A DNA stretch of 64,000 nt, from contig OX597819.1 of the NCBI GenBank assembly GCA_951406725.2, forward strand, positions 74,958,001-75,022,000, in the 5' to 3' direction. Source of the DNA: Octopus vulgaris. Lineage: Eukaryota. The number at the start of each line of letters is the position of its first letter. The stretch's first letter is position 1. Of the stretch, positions 24,943-37,680 are shown piece after piece. The notes beneath the pieces are model-generated. The model saw only the letters and a list, made by a program, of their open reading frames with translations, was not told the origin of the DNA and made no database searches. A program made the position numbers and the translations under genes.

Positions 24943-25505
24943 GGAGGTGCATTGGCCCAGTGGTTAGGACAGTGGACTCGCGGTCGTAAAAACGCGGTTT
25001 CGATTCCCAGACCGGGCACTGCGAGTGTTTATTGAGCAAAAACACCTAAGCTCCACGAGGCTCCGGCGGGGGTGGGGGTGAACCCTGCTGTACTCTTTCA
25101 CCACAACTTTCTCTCTTTCTTCCTACTTCTGCCACAAAGCTGAGGAACCATGGTGTAACCCACTATGGTGTGGTAAACTTTCAGACCCTAGTCTAGATTG
25201 CGAATCCTCTGTACTTCAGGATGGTTAAGCTCTCCAGCCGTTAAAATCCACTGTTTACGGAATAAGGATAACAACATAGCTTTCGCGTCCGTGCAACCGC
25301 CAGTCTATCGCGTGTGGCCGGTGGATCTTCAAGTTGCCACATGCATTCTTAGTAGCTTAGAGTAGGCTCGAATTAGAGATTATTCTTTGTGGCTAATGGC
25401 GTGAGTCCTGATTGGAAGAAGAAGAAGAAGAAGAAGAAGAAGAAGAAGAAGAAGAAGAAGAAGAAGAAGAAGAAGAAGAAGAAGAAGAAGAAGAAGAAGA
25501 AGAAG
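24943..25505 (+). mobile_element. SINE family C with long 3' tail and (AAG)n end
   Basis: tRNA-like head tggcccagtggttagg..gtttcgattccc. The flanking duplication caactgacgt (24933-42) / caactgacat (25510-19) is consistent with a TSD. Confidence 0.8.
25416..25505 (+). repeat. (AAG)n microsatellite
   Basis: About 30 perfect units. Confidence 0.97.
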
Positions 25506-27620
25506 ACAACAACTGACATCAGTCGAAACGCTAAAACCAGCAGCTGCAAAAGTAACAATGAAAACAACAACACCAACAGCAACAACAACAAAAAGAATAC
25601 CTCTCCCAAAAGCCACCACACACATCATCAATAATAATAGCAACAGAAAATCCTCAAATAACAACAAAACAAAAATACAACGACAAACTCCATCCCAAGA
25701 AGACATACTTCTCACTCAGACACATCATATGGCGAAGGTGACGGAGAAGAAAGCAAATGGCAACAAGTAACAATAAAAAAAAGATAAATATCTTACCAAC
25801 CGTCTCCCACCCACAAAAAACGGAGGCGCAAACGGATGAAAGAAACACCTCCCAATATCGACAAACTAATACCATCTCTAAAAACAACAGCACTAATACT
25901 ATCAACATCACCATCACTATCTTCGTAGTCACCACCAATACAGAGTCAACCATTATTACAAACACCAGAAAGACCCATTATACACCGAAACCAAGGACAA
26001 CCTCCAAGAAGTATAAATTACACTACCATAAATGCAAGCATAAAGTTAATGACAAACATACATGAATACACTTATATCACTTAGTGATTTCGTTACACCA
26101 ACAAATAACATGCATAACAATCGTGCAAACCTCTCAAAACATATACCACACCATGAAGAAATACCTCGACAGAGTCGGAGACTTCAGAGGAAATGTCAAC
26201 GAAAGACTTTATAAGAAATTGCTTGTGGAAATGCCCACAGCCAGCTGGAAGAACGTAGCAACTGTCCTTACTCAAAATAGGCAGTGTAAGTGCACTGGAA
26301 TTTCCAATCCACAAACCTTCATGCCCATTTCCGTTAGATACGAGATCGACTTATCACCGAGCTAACCGGGACCAGAAGGTGGAAATGTTGTATTGTTTCG
26401 GAAAGGTCTGGATCTTACGATATGGACCAATCACTTGGACGAGAAGGGAAGGTGGTGATGCTGAACGTGAGCAGAGATGAAGGGTGCGCCTTTAAGTTAT
26501 TTGCTTATGCATCGACAGGAGCAGGACAGCCGGATTTCTCCAGATGCCTAGAGGTTTTTCGAGAAATGCTCTGCTCTTTAGTTAGTGGGTAACTAAAGCG
26601 CTATTTTCGGTACACGTTGGGATTGTGCGGGGTTAACTGATAGGTGAGGGAGATACAAATGTCGCGAAAACATATTCTGACGTTTCCAACTGACAGGTAC
26701 CGACTGGATTTCTTAATGTGGGCATGGACAAACAGCATCGGGTCATTCAAGTCGTATCTAAATAGAGTATACTGTAGGCCAGTAGAGAAGGATAGCAGAA
26801 GTTGCCCATAATTCACCTGGTTACTGGAAGCTGAACGTGTTACTCTCGGTGTCTCAAACTTAGAGACCGTATTAACAAATTAGTTAAGCACACGTTGGCG
26901 CTGCTATATGACAACAAAGTACTATGCACGCTTTGGGAAACTACAATGAGCACATGTTACTCGACACGGTTTACTGTTCGGGATGAATGGCAGACCGGAA
27001 CAAAGGTAGATTTCAGAGCCTTCCTGACGGCCTGCCGCACTTGGCAAGTGAGGTGGAGTTTTGAAGCTGCTGAAATACTGTTTGCGATTGTTGACCGCGC
27101 AGGGTGCAAATCGCCTCATTAGGATAGCTTGTTTGGATATCCCTTGACTGATATCTACTGCAAGCAGAAGCAAAAGTGGAGGATTCCAATCTGTGAGTTG
27201 AGGAGTTGTAGCGCTTCCAAATAAAAATGGAAATCACTTCGATAATTTTTAACTCAGTCAAACGCTGATTCCAAAATTTTGACCATGGTGTTAGCAAAGA
27301 GATTGGCGCTTGTCGTCGATGTTCTAATTTGTGATTCTCAGGCAAGACACTCTTCACCTCATGCAATACATCAGAGAGAGGATGGGTAAGGATCCCGGCA
27401 TGGATGGAGCACTCGATCAATTTAGATCTAACAGAAGGTGTCGATATAGTCGACCACCAATACTTGGCGGCTCTACTCACAGCACCGGTTTGATATCGTC
27501 TCCTGCGGTTGGATTGTCTCAATGTACAGTGAATCTGTTCGACGGTTAGAGTGAAAGGCCACCTATCTGTATCATGTATTCGGTCCATCTGTATCATGCA
27601 TTCGGTCATCAAGGTTGTCC

Positions 27621-27635
27621 CCGGTGGCCGCCTTG

Positions 27636-27721
<86 letters not shown>

Positions 27722-27886
27722 TCTTTCTACTATAGACACAAGGTCTGAAATTTTAGGGAAGGTGACTAGTCGATTACATCGACCCCAGTGTTTCACTGGT
27801 ACTTAATTTATCGAACCCGAAAGGATGAAAGGTGAAGTCGACGTCGGCGGGATTTGAACTCAGAACGTAATTATGGGTGAAATGCT
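27621..27886 (-). mobile_element. SINE B segment with (AAT)n inserted in the Tx1 RT; inverted near-copy of 23061-23251
   Basis: Same 5' breakpoint (agcatttcaccc), same private variants and same run-on into aaggcggc.accgg. Confidence 0.85.
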
Positions 27887-29099
27887 TGTTTCTTCTGTAT
27901 GTACTAACTCTAAAGCCACTGAAATTAGAGACGATGGGGTCACCCCGTGGGAGAATCATGTCAACATATGTTGATGACGCCACTGTTATAGTGGTGGACA
28001 CCAAACATACTGAGGTGATCGGGACTTCTCAAAGGGACTACGAGAAAGTAACAAGACCAAAAGTCAATCAAAACATGCCAGTGGACCTGCTGCTCAGCAC
28101 CAGGAAAGGCAGGTACATACTGTACAACAGCATCGTGGACACTGGACAGACAGACCAGTTAAATTGCTCGGAGTTGGTTTCGCCCAGAGCTCCAAGTGGA
28201 GAAAAATGAGGATGCGGTGACGAACAGGGTAGCCATTCACACAGAAATGGGCAGAAAGAAAACTACCCCTGAAAGATCGGGTAGAGGTGGAGCACTCTTT
28301 ATATCCCTTCCATCATACTGTTACTGCACACCGCCGAGCCCTTGTTTCCTTCTCTCCGGATTGGATTGCCTGTTCCTTCACTTTTTGTAGAAGGGATGCG
28401 TTCAATTGCACATTATCAACCATGGCTTGTCCACTCCGCCATTTATTGGGTCAAAACTCAATGAATTGCGGACAAGGCATGCTGTGGTTGATAATGCGCA
28501 GGCAAATTTCTCTTATAGAGAGAGTTTGAGTCAACTTGATGTTCGTGGTAGAAAAGATAATTTTACTACTAAAGGTGTCGCGCAGCGAGTTTGAACACGA
28601 AATTACGTAGTTGTGAAGAGAACTTCTTAACTACATTGCTACACCTGCATCCATTTACGAATTCAATCCATTCAACAAGCTTTCACACAACTTTCTATTT
28701 TACTAAATTTCACACAGGTCTTGGGGTAACCTGAAAAAAAGAACTGATCTACATTTTGGACAGAGGAATCGAACCAAAGACCTTATGATTTGCAAATCAA
28801 ATTTATATTAACCATTCGGCTATGTAGTACACTTCCATCGTCATGAATAACCCCCCACACACACACACAAAATCAGTGTTGGTAATGAGGCACGAACCAT
28901 CGATTGTTTTGTCGGTAGCTTGACATTCTACAAAGACTTGGTCAGCTGCAATATAGAATTCCCTGAAAAGAAAGACCACTGTTTGTCAGTCAGCAGTAGC
29001 CAATATAGTTCGTTACCGTGCTTTTTCTCTGTGCAAATGTGCATACGTATTATATATATTTACGTATATACAATTTGTGTGCGAAGTTAAATTACATGT

Positions 29100-29154
29100 G
29101 TGATGTTACGTTATGTATGTATGTAAAATGTATTTGTGTAAGTACGTGTGCGTG

Positions 29155-29186
<32 letters not shown>

Positions 29187-29306
29187 CACACATTTGTTTT
29201 TGTCTATTTTTGAAAAGTGGAGGTCTTTTTATGTTGCTTTTCTTGTTTTGTTCTTTTCTTAAGTCAACAGAGATCTGTTGTCGCTAACATGGTTCTGAAT
29301 ATATAT

Positions 29307-29374
<68 letters not shown>

Positions 29375-29700
29375 GTCACGTGAGTAGGTTGGCTGCTGCG
29401 GTCTATCTTGACCACTCCATCATTACATCTCTTTCTTCAAGTCTTTCTCCAATGTTTCCTTCATCTCTACATCTACTTCGTTTACTTTTCTTCCTGCTCT
29501 TCAGCAAGCTCTTATTGTCTCTCTCTCCCTCTCCCTCTCTCTCCTTCTCTCTCTCTCCCTCTCTCTCTCGTGATCTCATACTACGTCCAGTTTATATGTA
29601 ATAAATAAATAGATAGGTAAATAAGCCTACCGCTAGCTACAGCATCATCAGCAGCAGTAGTAGTAGCAGTAGTGGCAGCAGCAGCAGCAGCAGCAGCAGC
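29100..29700. repeat. Microsatellite cluster (TA)n, (CT)n, (CAG/TAG)n
   Basis: Direct reading. Confidence 0.85.
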
Positions 29701-30592
29701 TAGTGGTCTTAGAATGGCTGCAGAATGACAGAGCAAAGAAGGAAAATACTTATTTGAATGTGTGTGTCCGTCTGACCAAAGAAGTGAATGAACGGTGATT
29801 CTGTGAGGGCGAGGGACTTGTGATGAGTGAAGGGAGGTGTTGGTGTTTGAGAGCTGGAAGACGAATTTGCTGTAAAAGACAGGAAAAGAAAGAGCAAAAA
29901 TGGACGGAACACAATAATCATGGAGACCGGCTGATGCAAAATGTTATGAAAACGTTGGAGGGAAGTGGAAGGAGTGAAAGGTGGAGTGAGTGGCAGAGTG
30001 AGAAGGCGTGGAGGTGGGGGTGGTGTGAGGTGTGTGTTTGTGTGTGGAGGGGGAGTGAGTGGTCAGAGCGAATTATTTGCGAGTGTTAGACTAAGAAATC
30101 AGCATAAGTCGGAAATGATATCTCCTGGTAATGTCTCTTTTGACCTTGTCAAGATCTTGTTCGTTTGTGTGTATGTGTGTGTGTGTGTGTGTGTGCGCGT
30201 GTGTGTGTGTGCGTGTATGTGTTATCGGTACCAATGGACGCACAATGGGTGAATGCTTAGGAAAGTTTGCTTCTCAATTACAATGTCATGGGTTCGATCC
30301 CCTTGTGCGACATCTTAGACATATGTCTTTTATATTGCCATAGCTTCGCGTCGACTTGACTCAACCCCTGTGAGTGAAACTGGGTTGAAAATCTGAGGAA
30401 GACCGTCGCGTATATCGTACTCGTAATTCAAAAGGTACAGCTCTTGCCAAGGATTGCGTTAAGTGTACCGGTGTTTGAGGAATACTCAGCCACGTACGTA
30501 TTAGTTCAAAGTAGTTGAACAACTGGATGCTCCTTGTCGAAACAAAGAGCCATTTGATCCGAGTATCATCAGAAGAAAATATTAGATTATCA

Positions 30593-30996
30593 GCCGTAGG
30601 CATGGCTGTGTGGTAAGTAGTTTGCTGCCCAACCATAAGATTCCGGGTTCAGTCCTACGGCCTGGCACTGCAGGAAAGTTTCTTTCACAATAGCCTCGAG
30701 CCGACTAAAGTCTTGCGAATGGAAACTGAAAGAAGCTTGTCGTGTGTGTGTATGTGTGTGTGTGTGTATCTGTCTGTCTTTGAGTCTATTTTTAACTCTC
30801 ACCAACGCTTAGGAACTGGTGTTGGTATGATTACGTACCCGTAACTTAGCGATTCGGCAAAAAGAGATCGATAGAATAAGTACCAGGCTTCAAAACAAAT
30901 AAGTATAGGGATTGATAGGCTCGACTAAAATTCTTTAAGGTGGTACCCCAGAATGGCCGCAGTCTAATGAGTGAAACAACTAAAAGACAAAGATAA
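30593..30996 (+). mobile_element. SINE family A
   Basis: ggctgtgtggtaagtag..ccgggttcagtcc..gatagaataagtacc..ggccgcagtctaatgagtgaaacaac. Confidence 0.85.
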
Positions 30997-31009
30997 ATGA
31001 GGGAGGTTC

Positions 31010-31180
31010 TTGACGGTCGCTCGACCTGCTAAATATAGCAGCCAAGTATCCCCCAAATTATAATCTTAAATCTTAAATCAAAGGTGGGTGCATTGGGCGA
31101 TAATATGCAAAAAAATGGGATGGTAATGTCCGGAATAACTTTTAAATCGAGGTCTGTTTAGTTAGGACTGACCTGAACTC
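31010..31180 (+). mobile_element. Repeat family D
   Basis: ggtcgctcgacctgctaaatatagcagccaa..ggactgacctg. Confidence 0.6.
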
Positions 31181-31197
31181 CATCATCATCATCATAA

Positions 31198-31224
31198 CTG
31201 ACGATGAGCCCTGCCCGAAACGTT
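31198..31224 (+). ncRNA. Minimal hammerhead-like motif (degenerate)
   Basis: CTGACGA-T-GAGccctgCCC-GAAA-CG-TT. Stem II has a mismatch and stem I is missing. Confidence 0.4.
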
Positions 31225-31407
31225 AGGCTTTTCTGCTTTTACACAATAAACTAGTTTATTCTATTTTTTAAACTTTCTATATTTACTCATTCCTGACACA
31301 GACCATCAGTAGTTGCCTGGAAATGCTACTATTTACTATGCTGCTATTGTTGTTTAGCATCGAGTCAGACAAGATAGAGCAAACCCTGTAATCAAAGGCG
31401 TTCCAGA

Positions 31408-31499
<92 letters not shown>

Positions 31500-31819
31500 A
31501 CAAAGTAAGTTAGGGGTTATGAGTATAACCCACTAAGGGATAGTATTTATCCAATATACTGTTGGTAAAGTACCCAGATTCTTAATACATAAATGTTTTA
31601 ATTGCAATGCAATTAACTCGTTTATTGTATTAAACAGGTGAAGGTAAAGAAATATTTTTATTGTTAATTTATAATACAAATAAGAAAATGGAGAAATAAA
31701 TTTAGTTTGCTCATCAACTTTCGGATATTAGAATGTTGGATTATTTATTCATTTAACAAAATGAAAACATCAATAGCATACATATATATGCTATTATGGT
31801 TCTCATTTTCTCATTTGTA

Positions 31820-31872
<53 letters not shown>

Positions 31873-32532
31873 GTATTTATATCGAGTCCAACTACTAGCG
31901 AAACTTCGAAGTCACTATCAAGAAATTTATTAAAGTAGTTCATTCTACACTGTTCACAGTTTTTACACTTATAAAAATATTTTTTACCTATCTATCTAGC
32001 TAGCTAGCTAGCTGTGTGCGCTCGCGTTATTTATAATTCAATAGTTATTTACATTTGGCAGGATGTTACTTCTAAAAGAATAGTACAATGGTCAGGGCAT
32101 AAAATTTTAATGAGAAATTTTGTTCGGAACTGCTGGAAAGGTGTGTGAGGCTTGTGTGTACGTGCGTGTGTGTGTGTGGCAAAAGAAATCTTCAGAGGGA
32201 AGCGTACATGGAATTAAAAGGGCAGAATACTATAATTGTCCAAGACATTTACGTATGCACATATATAATTACACAGATTTGAGGAGAATCGAGGAACAAA
32301 CGTATAAATATGTACATAGACGTTGAAGTACAGAGCCTCACATCAAAATTCCAGCATCGATCTGAACACAAATATGACCTCTATAAACAGCAACAAACTT
32401 GTACTTATTAATGACCTGCATGGACACCGTATTTCGTTAGACAACTATTAATATACTACAAAGTATATTAAACGCTTTATTATTCAATACTGTGTTCTAC
32501 TGTGTTAGCAGTGCTATTACATCACCTGTTAA

Positions 32533-32671
32533 AGTTTTCTCGACAGATTTTTCTATCGAAATTATAGCCAGCCCTGATTTTGTTACGACGTTTCGTATTC
32601 GAGACGATCCAACCATAATATATTACAAATTGATGGCTATAATTTCTATAGAAAAATCAGTAGAGACAACC
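32533..32671. mobile_element. Kolobok-like MITE (TTAA-flanked)
   Basis: ~38-bp TIRs agttttctcgacagatttttctatcgaaattatagcca / tggctataatttctatagaaaaatcagtagagacaacc, with TTAA on both sides. Confidence 0.65.
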
Positions 32672-33202
32672 TTAACAACATGTACTTATGTGCTATACAC
32701 TTGTACACACACAACTAGAGAGCAGCCAAGTCTTCCTTAAATCAAAATCTACAATCTTCAGAAAAAGTAAAATAAAACACACTAGATAATATAGTCCAAT
32801 TTACTATGTCTGAAAATAGGACGAGACTAGCTGGAGTTAAACAACTGCAAAGAACAGATACGAGAGGCCATATTCGATTATCATTATAGTGATTAGCAAA
32901 GTTCAAGTTCATAGTTCAATAACGAGGAAAGTAGAGGGTAGCTGTTGCTTCTGTTATTGTTGTTATTTAGCCCTCAGTCAGCATTGATCGAGCAGAGTTT
33001 GGGCTTTTCCAATCATGATACTGATTTTATTATTCTCTTTTGCAGAGACATAAACAAATTAACACTGGTTTTCAAGCGATGATATACATCAGCAAGTACA
33101 TAAAGTACATACATGCATCTCTCTCTCTTCTCTCGTCCCTCTCTCTCTCCCCCGCTACCCCTCTCTCTATACACACACACACGAACTTCCACACAGTTTC
33201 TT

Positions 33203-33408
33203 ATTGCTTTACTGCCCACAAGGGGCTACACACAGAGAGGACAAACAAGGACAGACAAACGGATTAAGTCGATTATATCGACCCCAGTGCGTAACTGGTA
33301 CTTATTTAATCGACCCCGAAAGGATGAAAGGCAAAGTAGACCTCGGCGGAATTTGAAGTCAGAACGTAGCGGCAGAACGTGCTAACGTTTCTGCCAGCTC
33401 GCCGCCTT
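33203..33408 (-). mobile_element. SINE family B, young
   Basis: Near-identical to 11022-11253, with an internal deletion. Confidence 0.9.
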
Positions 33409-33824
33409 ACCTTCCATATAGTTTCTGCCTACCAAATCCACTCACAAGGCATTGGTGGGCCCACAACTACAGTCGAAGACACTTGTTCAGGGCGCCGTGT
33501 AATGTGAGATTGAATCCCAAATCAGTTGGTTACAGAGTAAGCTTCTCAACCACATAGTCATGTCTCTAGGGTTACATTATTGAAAGTGTCCTTCCTTTTT
33601 TTTAAAGGTGAAAAAGTGTCATCTGAATGAAATTCAGCTACAGCTTTGAGTAAGTCAAGTAACCATACTTGGGTAAGCAAGTCATTTTGTAACCACATGG
33701 CTCCAGGTAGGATCCGACTGCACTGAAGCTTGGGCCTGTGTGTCTGACTACAGTCTCGGTTGATATGCATCTTGAGAGTGGGACTTTGTTGGCGTAAACC
33801 GCAGAAGCCCGTAGTTCGTACGCG

Positions 33825-33900
33825 TATGTATGTATGTATGTATGTATGTATGTATGTATGTATGTATGTATGTATGTATGTATGTATGTATGTATGTATT
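33825..33900. repeat. (TATG)n microsatellite
   Basis: Direct reading. Confidence 0.95.
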
Positions 33901-35028
33901 TATGTATGTATATGTGTATGTATGTACACGTGTGTATGTCTGTTTGTATATATGTGTGTTGGACTATATTATCACATATTACATCGATGGAAAGATTTTT
34001 AAGATGAATTTAACAGTTTAGTGTTATTAGATGTCTATAATGTAATCGTTTTGTTTCATTTTCTACGTAATAGTGTAGGCCGCCCTCACGCACCTCTGTC
34101 CCTTCCTTTCCGTATCCGTCCATTCCCAACTGCTTCTGTTTTCCATTTATTTCACCCTTCAATTCTACGTACATTTCATCTCCTCCAATCCGATGCTGCG
34201 ACTCTCCACCTCTTCTCGAATCCATCCCTCCACTTTATTAATTGTATTTACAAAACACGTGACTAACAGGTCCATAGCTTCTTCACCTACTCTCCTCATA
34301 CTCCACCCGGATCCATGCTATTTTATCAATGTCTCTTTTGAAAGAGAAATTTGCGGATTGCGACATTAAAGATTAATGGGAAAGTGCAAATTTTACTTCA
34401 ACAGTAGCAGATGTGAACTGTGTACAGCAGAAAAGTGACACATAATAAAGAGCTCGCTCACTCTAGGCTATATCTGAATGCAAAATCTGCAACATGAAGA
34501 TATTTGAGAGCTCGTGGATAATTGTGTGCGTGTGTTGATCATGTGTTGATGCGCGTGTGTACGTTTATGCTCGTCTCTATGTGCACGTTTCTAAATACGA
34601 ACTACATGTCGCTAATCCATTTTTCATATAGTTTCGTTTCGGCTATATTGGCTACCCATGCCCTTGTAATTTTATTCCACCCCACCCCCGTTATAACTAT
34701 CTTTTAACATTCTGTATACTTCCGTATGTATTTACTTCATTCTCTATTCTTATTTTGCATTTTTCTTTTTTCTTTATTTTTATTTCTATTCTCGTCATTT
34801 ATATATATATATATTATCATCACCATTACATTTTTATTTATTATTTATTATTAGCTTTAATATATTTTATCTACAAATAACTACGAAGTGTCCAACGCGT
34901 TCTTCGACCAAACAAAACGTATTAAGTTGGGCTTTAATGAATCGTGTTCAAAATTAGTATCAATACTCTACTTTATGCGAAGTAGGTTACCATGTTCCAA
35001 AGAAAAGCAAACTCATTATATATATATG

Positions 35029-35068
<40 letters not shown>

Positions 35069-35069
35069 C

Positions 35070-35249
35070 ATATTTCTTTACTACCCACAAGGGGCTAAAC
35101 ACAGAGGGGAAAAACAAGGACAAACAAACGTATTAAGTCGATTACATCGACCCCAGTGCGTATCTGGTACTTAATTTATCGACCCCGAAAGGATGAAAGG
35201 CAAAGTCGACATCGGCGGAATTAGAACTCACAACGTAACGGCGTGCTAA
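35070..35249 (-). mobile_element. SINE family B, young, 5' truncated
   Basis: tatttctttactacccacaaggggctaaacacagaggg..aaagtcgac. Confidence 0.9.
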
Positions 35250-35365
35250 TTTTTTTTTCCTCCTTTTTATGAAATTGCTAAATATATAAAAATATATAAA
35301 ATGTATGATAGAAGGTGTGATGAGTTAAAAAACCTTATTGGGACATAACATAGAAAGCATGTTCT

Positions 35366-36056
35366 ATCTGTTTTCTTTAGGGGACCAAAAACGTAACAGA
35401 AATTTAGTCACATGTGGGCATGATCTGAAAAGTTCTCTCCTTGTGTTTAGACATGTAGTAGGGTCTAAGCTGCTTTTCCAGATAAGCTATCTCTCCATGT
35501 CGTATAGACCGCACATTCCGCTGCCGTTGGTATAGGGCTTACATCTGGCCAAAATCTTCCAATGTATGTTATAATCGACACCTTTATTTCTTAAAGACCA
35601 AATATGATTAGATAATTGTGTCGCTTTTCTTTTGTTCCAGTGCCTAAAGCTCAAAGTATAGTTATTGAACCTGGCCTTGAAGTTACCCTCGGTAAGGCCC
35701 ACGTATTTCTTCGTCGAAACGGTGTCTTTAGTGGTTATAGAGACTACGGTAGCTTCATATATGATGGTCTTGGACATGCAAGCTCCATTTAGCGGGCACA
35801 ATTCTTTATTCCTGCATGAATAGCTGTTTTCTTGTTGTGATTTTTGTATGTTATGTTTGATTATGTTTTTAAAATTGGTAGTGGAACTAAAACTAATTTT
35901 TAAATTGTGTCTATTGAAGAGTTTCCTATAAGTATGGTTAACTGGAAAATGTCTATCTATCAGTGCTAGGAAATATTTACCTATATTGAAGGCCACCTCG
36001 GATGAGTAAGGAGGCGTAAATAGCCAGATAACCGAAGAGATGTCGTGGATTCCCAC
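35366..36056 (-). mobile_element. Penelope-like retroelement C-terminal GIY-YIG endonuclease region
   Basis: W.FTPPYS..NIGKYFLALIDRHFP..KLFNRHNLKISFS..CRNKELCPLNGAC..IIYEATV..YVGLTEGNFKARFNNY..SF..TQLSNHIW..W.IL..CGLY. After a TAG the frame continues LNTRRELFRSCPH..KFLL. Confidence 0.9.
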
Positions 36057-36203
36057 TTCGGCATCTGAAACTCAGAGTTTTATCTTGACTATCGAGTAAT
36101 GTAACATATTATTGTATAGATAAATTTCCTCTATTTACATAATATTGAGGTCTCTTTCTTTCTTTTGTTATCTTACCGTTTTACCAATAAATCACCTCCC
36201 GGA

Positions 36204-36256
<53 letters not shown>

Positions 36257-36302
36257 AATATATCAATATATATGTATATATATGTGTATATATATGTATA
36301 TA

Positions 36303-36600
36303 TAGTTAATCCAAACAAGAAAACACAAAAAAAACACAACAACAACGCGAGGACGTGGAACAAATAAAGTATTATTGGACGCTCAGAAAAGAAGGGAAGA
36401 AGGAGGGTTTAACGTTTCGAGCGGAGCTCTTCGTCGGAAACATAGGAGAAGGAAAGATCCCGCGAAGGGAAGACAGAGGAAAAAATCGCCAGCGGTACTC
36501 ACGAGGTCACATATTGAAAAACCGGAAGTAGAAAGGTGGAACAATAATGTTTTTAAAGACAGGAGAGTTTTCAAAGACAGTAGGTAGTATGTCAAAGACA
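36303..36600 (-). mobile_element. Penelope-type pseudo-LTR segment
   Basis: Paralogous to 44345-44620, sits against (TA)n and carries a hammerhead motif. Confidence 0.7.
36407..36441 (-). ncRNA. Minimal type I hammerhead ribozyme-like motif (U4C variant)
   Basis: Minus strand GTTT-CCGACGA-A-GAGC(tcc)GCTC-GAAA-CG-TT-AAAC. Confidence 0.6.
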
Positions 36601-36614
36601 AGGAAAGTGAGAGG

Positions 36615-37596
36615 GGGAATGTGTGTGGATGTGTGCGTGCGCGGAGGTCTGCGTGTGCGCGCGTGTGTGTGTATGTGTGCAATGATGACACGTGTGTGTG
36701 TGTGCGTGTGTGTCTGTATGTGTGTAGGGCGAACAACTGGCTTGTAGCTGGCCAGTAGTAAGAATAAAGAGTGGGGTTTTTTGTGTCCAGCCACAGGTCA
36801 AAACAAAGAGGTATGTGTGTGTGCGTGTATGTATATGTATCGTGTGTGTGTTTTGTTTGTAGTGTGTGTGTGTGTGTGTATGTGTGTGTTCGTGTGTGTA
36901 TGCGTAGAGTTTGGGTGTGTGGCGAGTAACTGTGCTTAACTTAGTGTATGTGTGCGTGTGTGCTTGTACGTGCGTGTGTGTGTATATATATGTATGTATA
37001 AATGTGTGCGTGTATGTATAATTGTGTGCCGTGTGTATGGGACGTATGTGTGGGTTCATTTGTGTGTGTGCGTGTGTGTGTATGTATGTGCGTGTAGTTG
37101 TGTGTGCGTGTATGTGTGCGTTTGTATGTGTGTGTGTAAGCGTATATGGATGTATATGCGTGTATCCGTGGGGTTGTGAGTTTTGGGTGTGTGCATTGGT
37201 GTGCGTGTGTGCGTGCGTATGTGTGCACATGTTCTTGTGTGCGTATGTGTGTGTCTGTCTGTGCTTATATGTGTGTACGTATGTGTATGTGTGCGTGCGC
37301 GTGTAGGTATATATTGTGTGTATGCATATGTGTCGGTGTGTATGTGAATTTGTGTGTGTTTGTACATGTGTATTGTATATATATGTAAATGTGTGTGTGT
37401 GTGTGCGTGTGTGTGTACGTGCGTGCGAGTGAATGTATGTATATATGTGCGTGTGTGTACAAATGTAGAGGTTTATATGTGTGTTTATATGTTTATATGT
37501 GTGTATATATATGTATGCAAGCACACACTTTATAATTGAAAGATTGATGGAAAAAAAATTGGTGTGGGTGTGTATATATATGTACATATATGTATA

Positions 37597-37641
<45 letters not shown>

Positions 37642-37680
37642 GTATATATATATATGTATATATGTATATATCTACAAGTG
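36615..37680. repeat. ~1-kb degenerate (TG)/(TA) mosaic microsatellite
   Basis: Direct reading. Confidence 0.95.

Larger units (their letters stand above)
24255..28510 (+). mobile_element. Near full-length decayed Tx1-clade LINE (ORF1 copy 6, APE endonuclease, RT) with nested SINEs
   Basis: ORF1: VIPIYLDCKIVTIKSVGVPVEVN, LVAVVLFDIEDKSKI, CHLYGD..HPKASCP. EN at ~26300-26800: GGNVVLFRKGLDL, WTNSIGSFKSYLNRV. RT: NADSKILTMVLAKRL, LLYVLTLKPL..STYVDD, GMLWLIMRR. Confidence 0.8.

Noticed and set aside
25131-25405. HDV-like ribozyme (gccacaaag..ctttgtggc-taat)
   Set aside because: Only a P4-like stem and J4/2-like bases are visible, and P1-P3 could not be built.
29380-30100. Promoter or 5' exon of a host gene
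   Set aside because: Low-complexity sequence with no supportable ORF, splice chain or promoter evidence.
35487-35489. Selenocysteine read-through in the Penelope ORF
   Set aside because: The interrupting codon is TAG, not TGA, and is not at a Cys position.
36592-37587. 331-aa ORF and many other [12 protein letters not shown]/poly-K/poly-N ORFs
   Set aside because: These are translations of microsatellites lacking stops, not genes.
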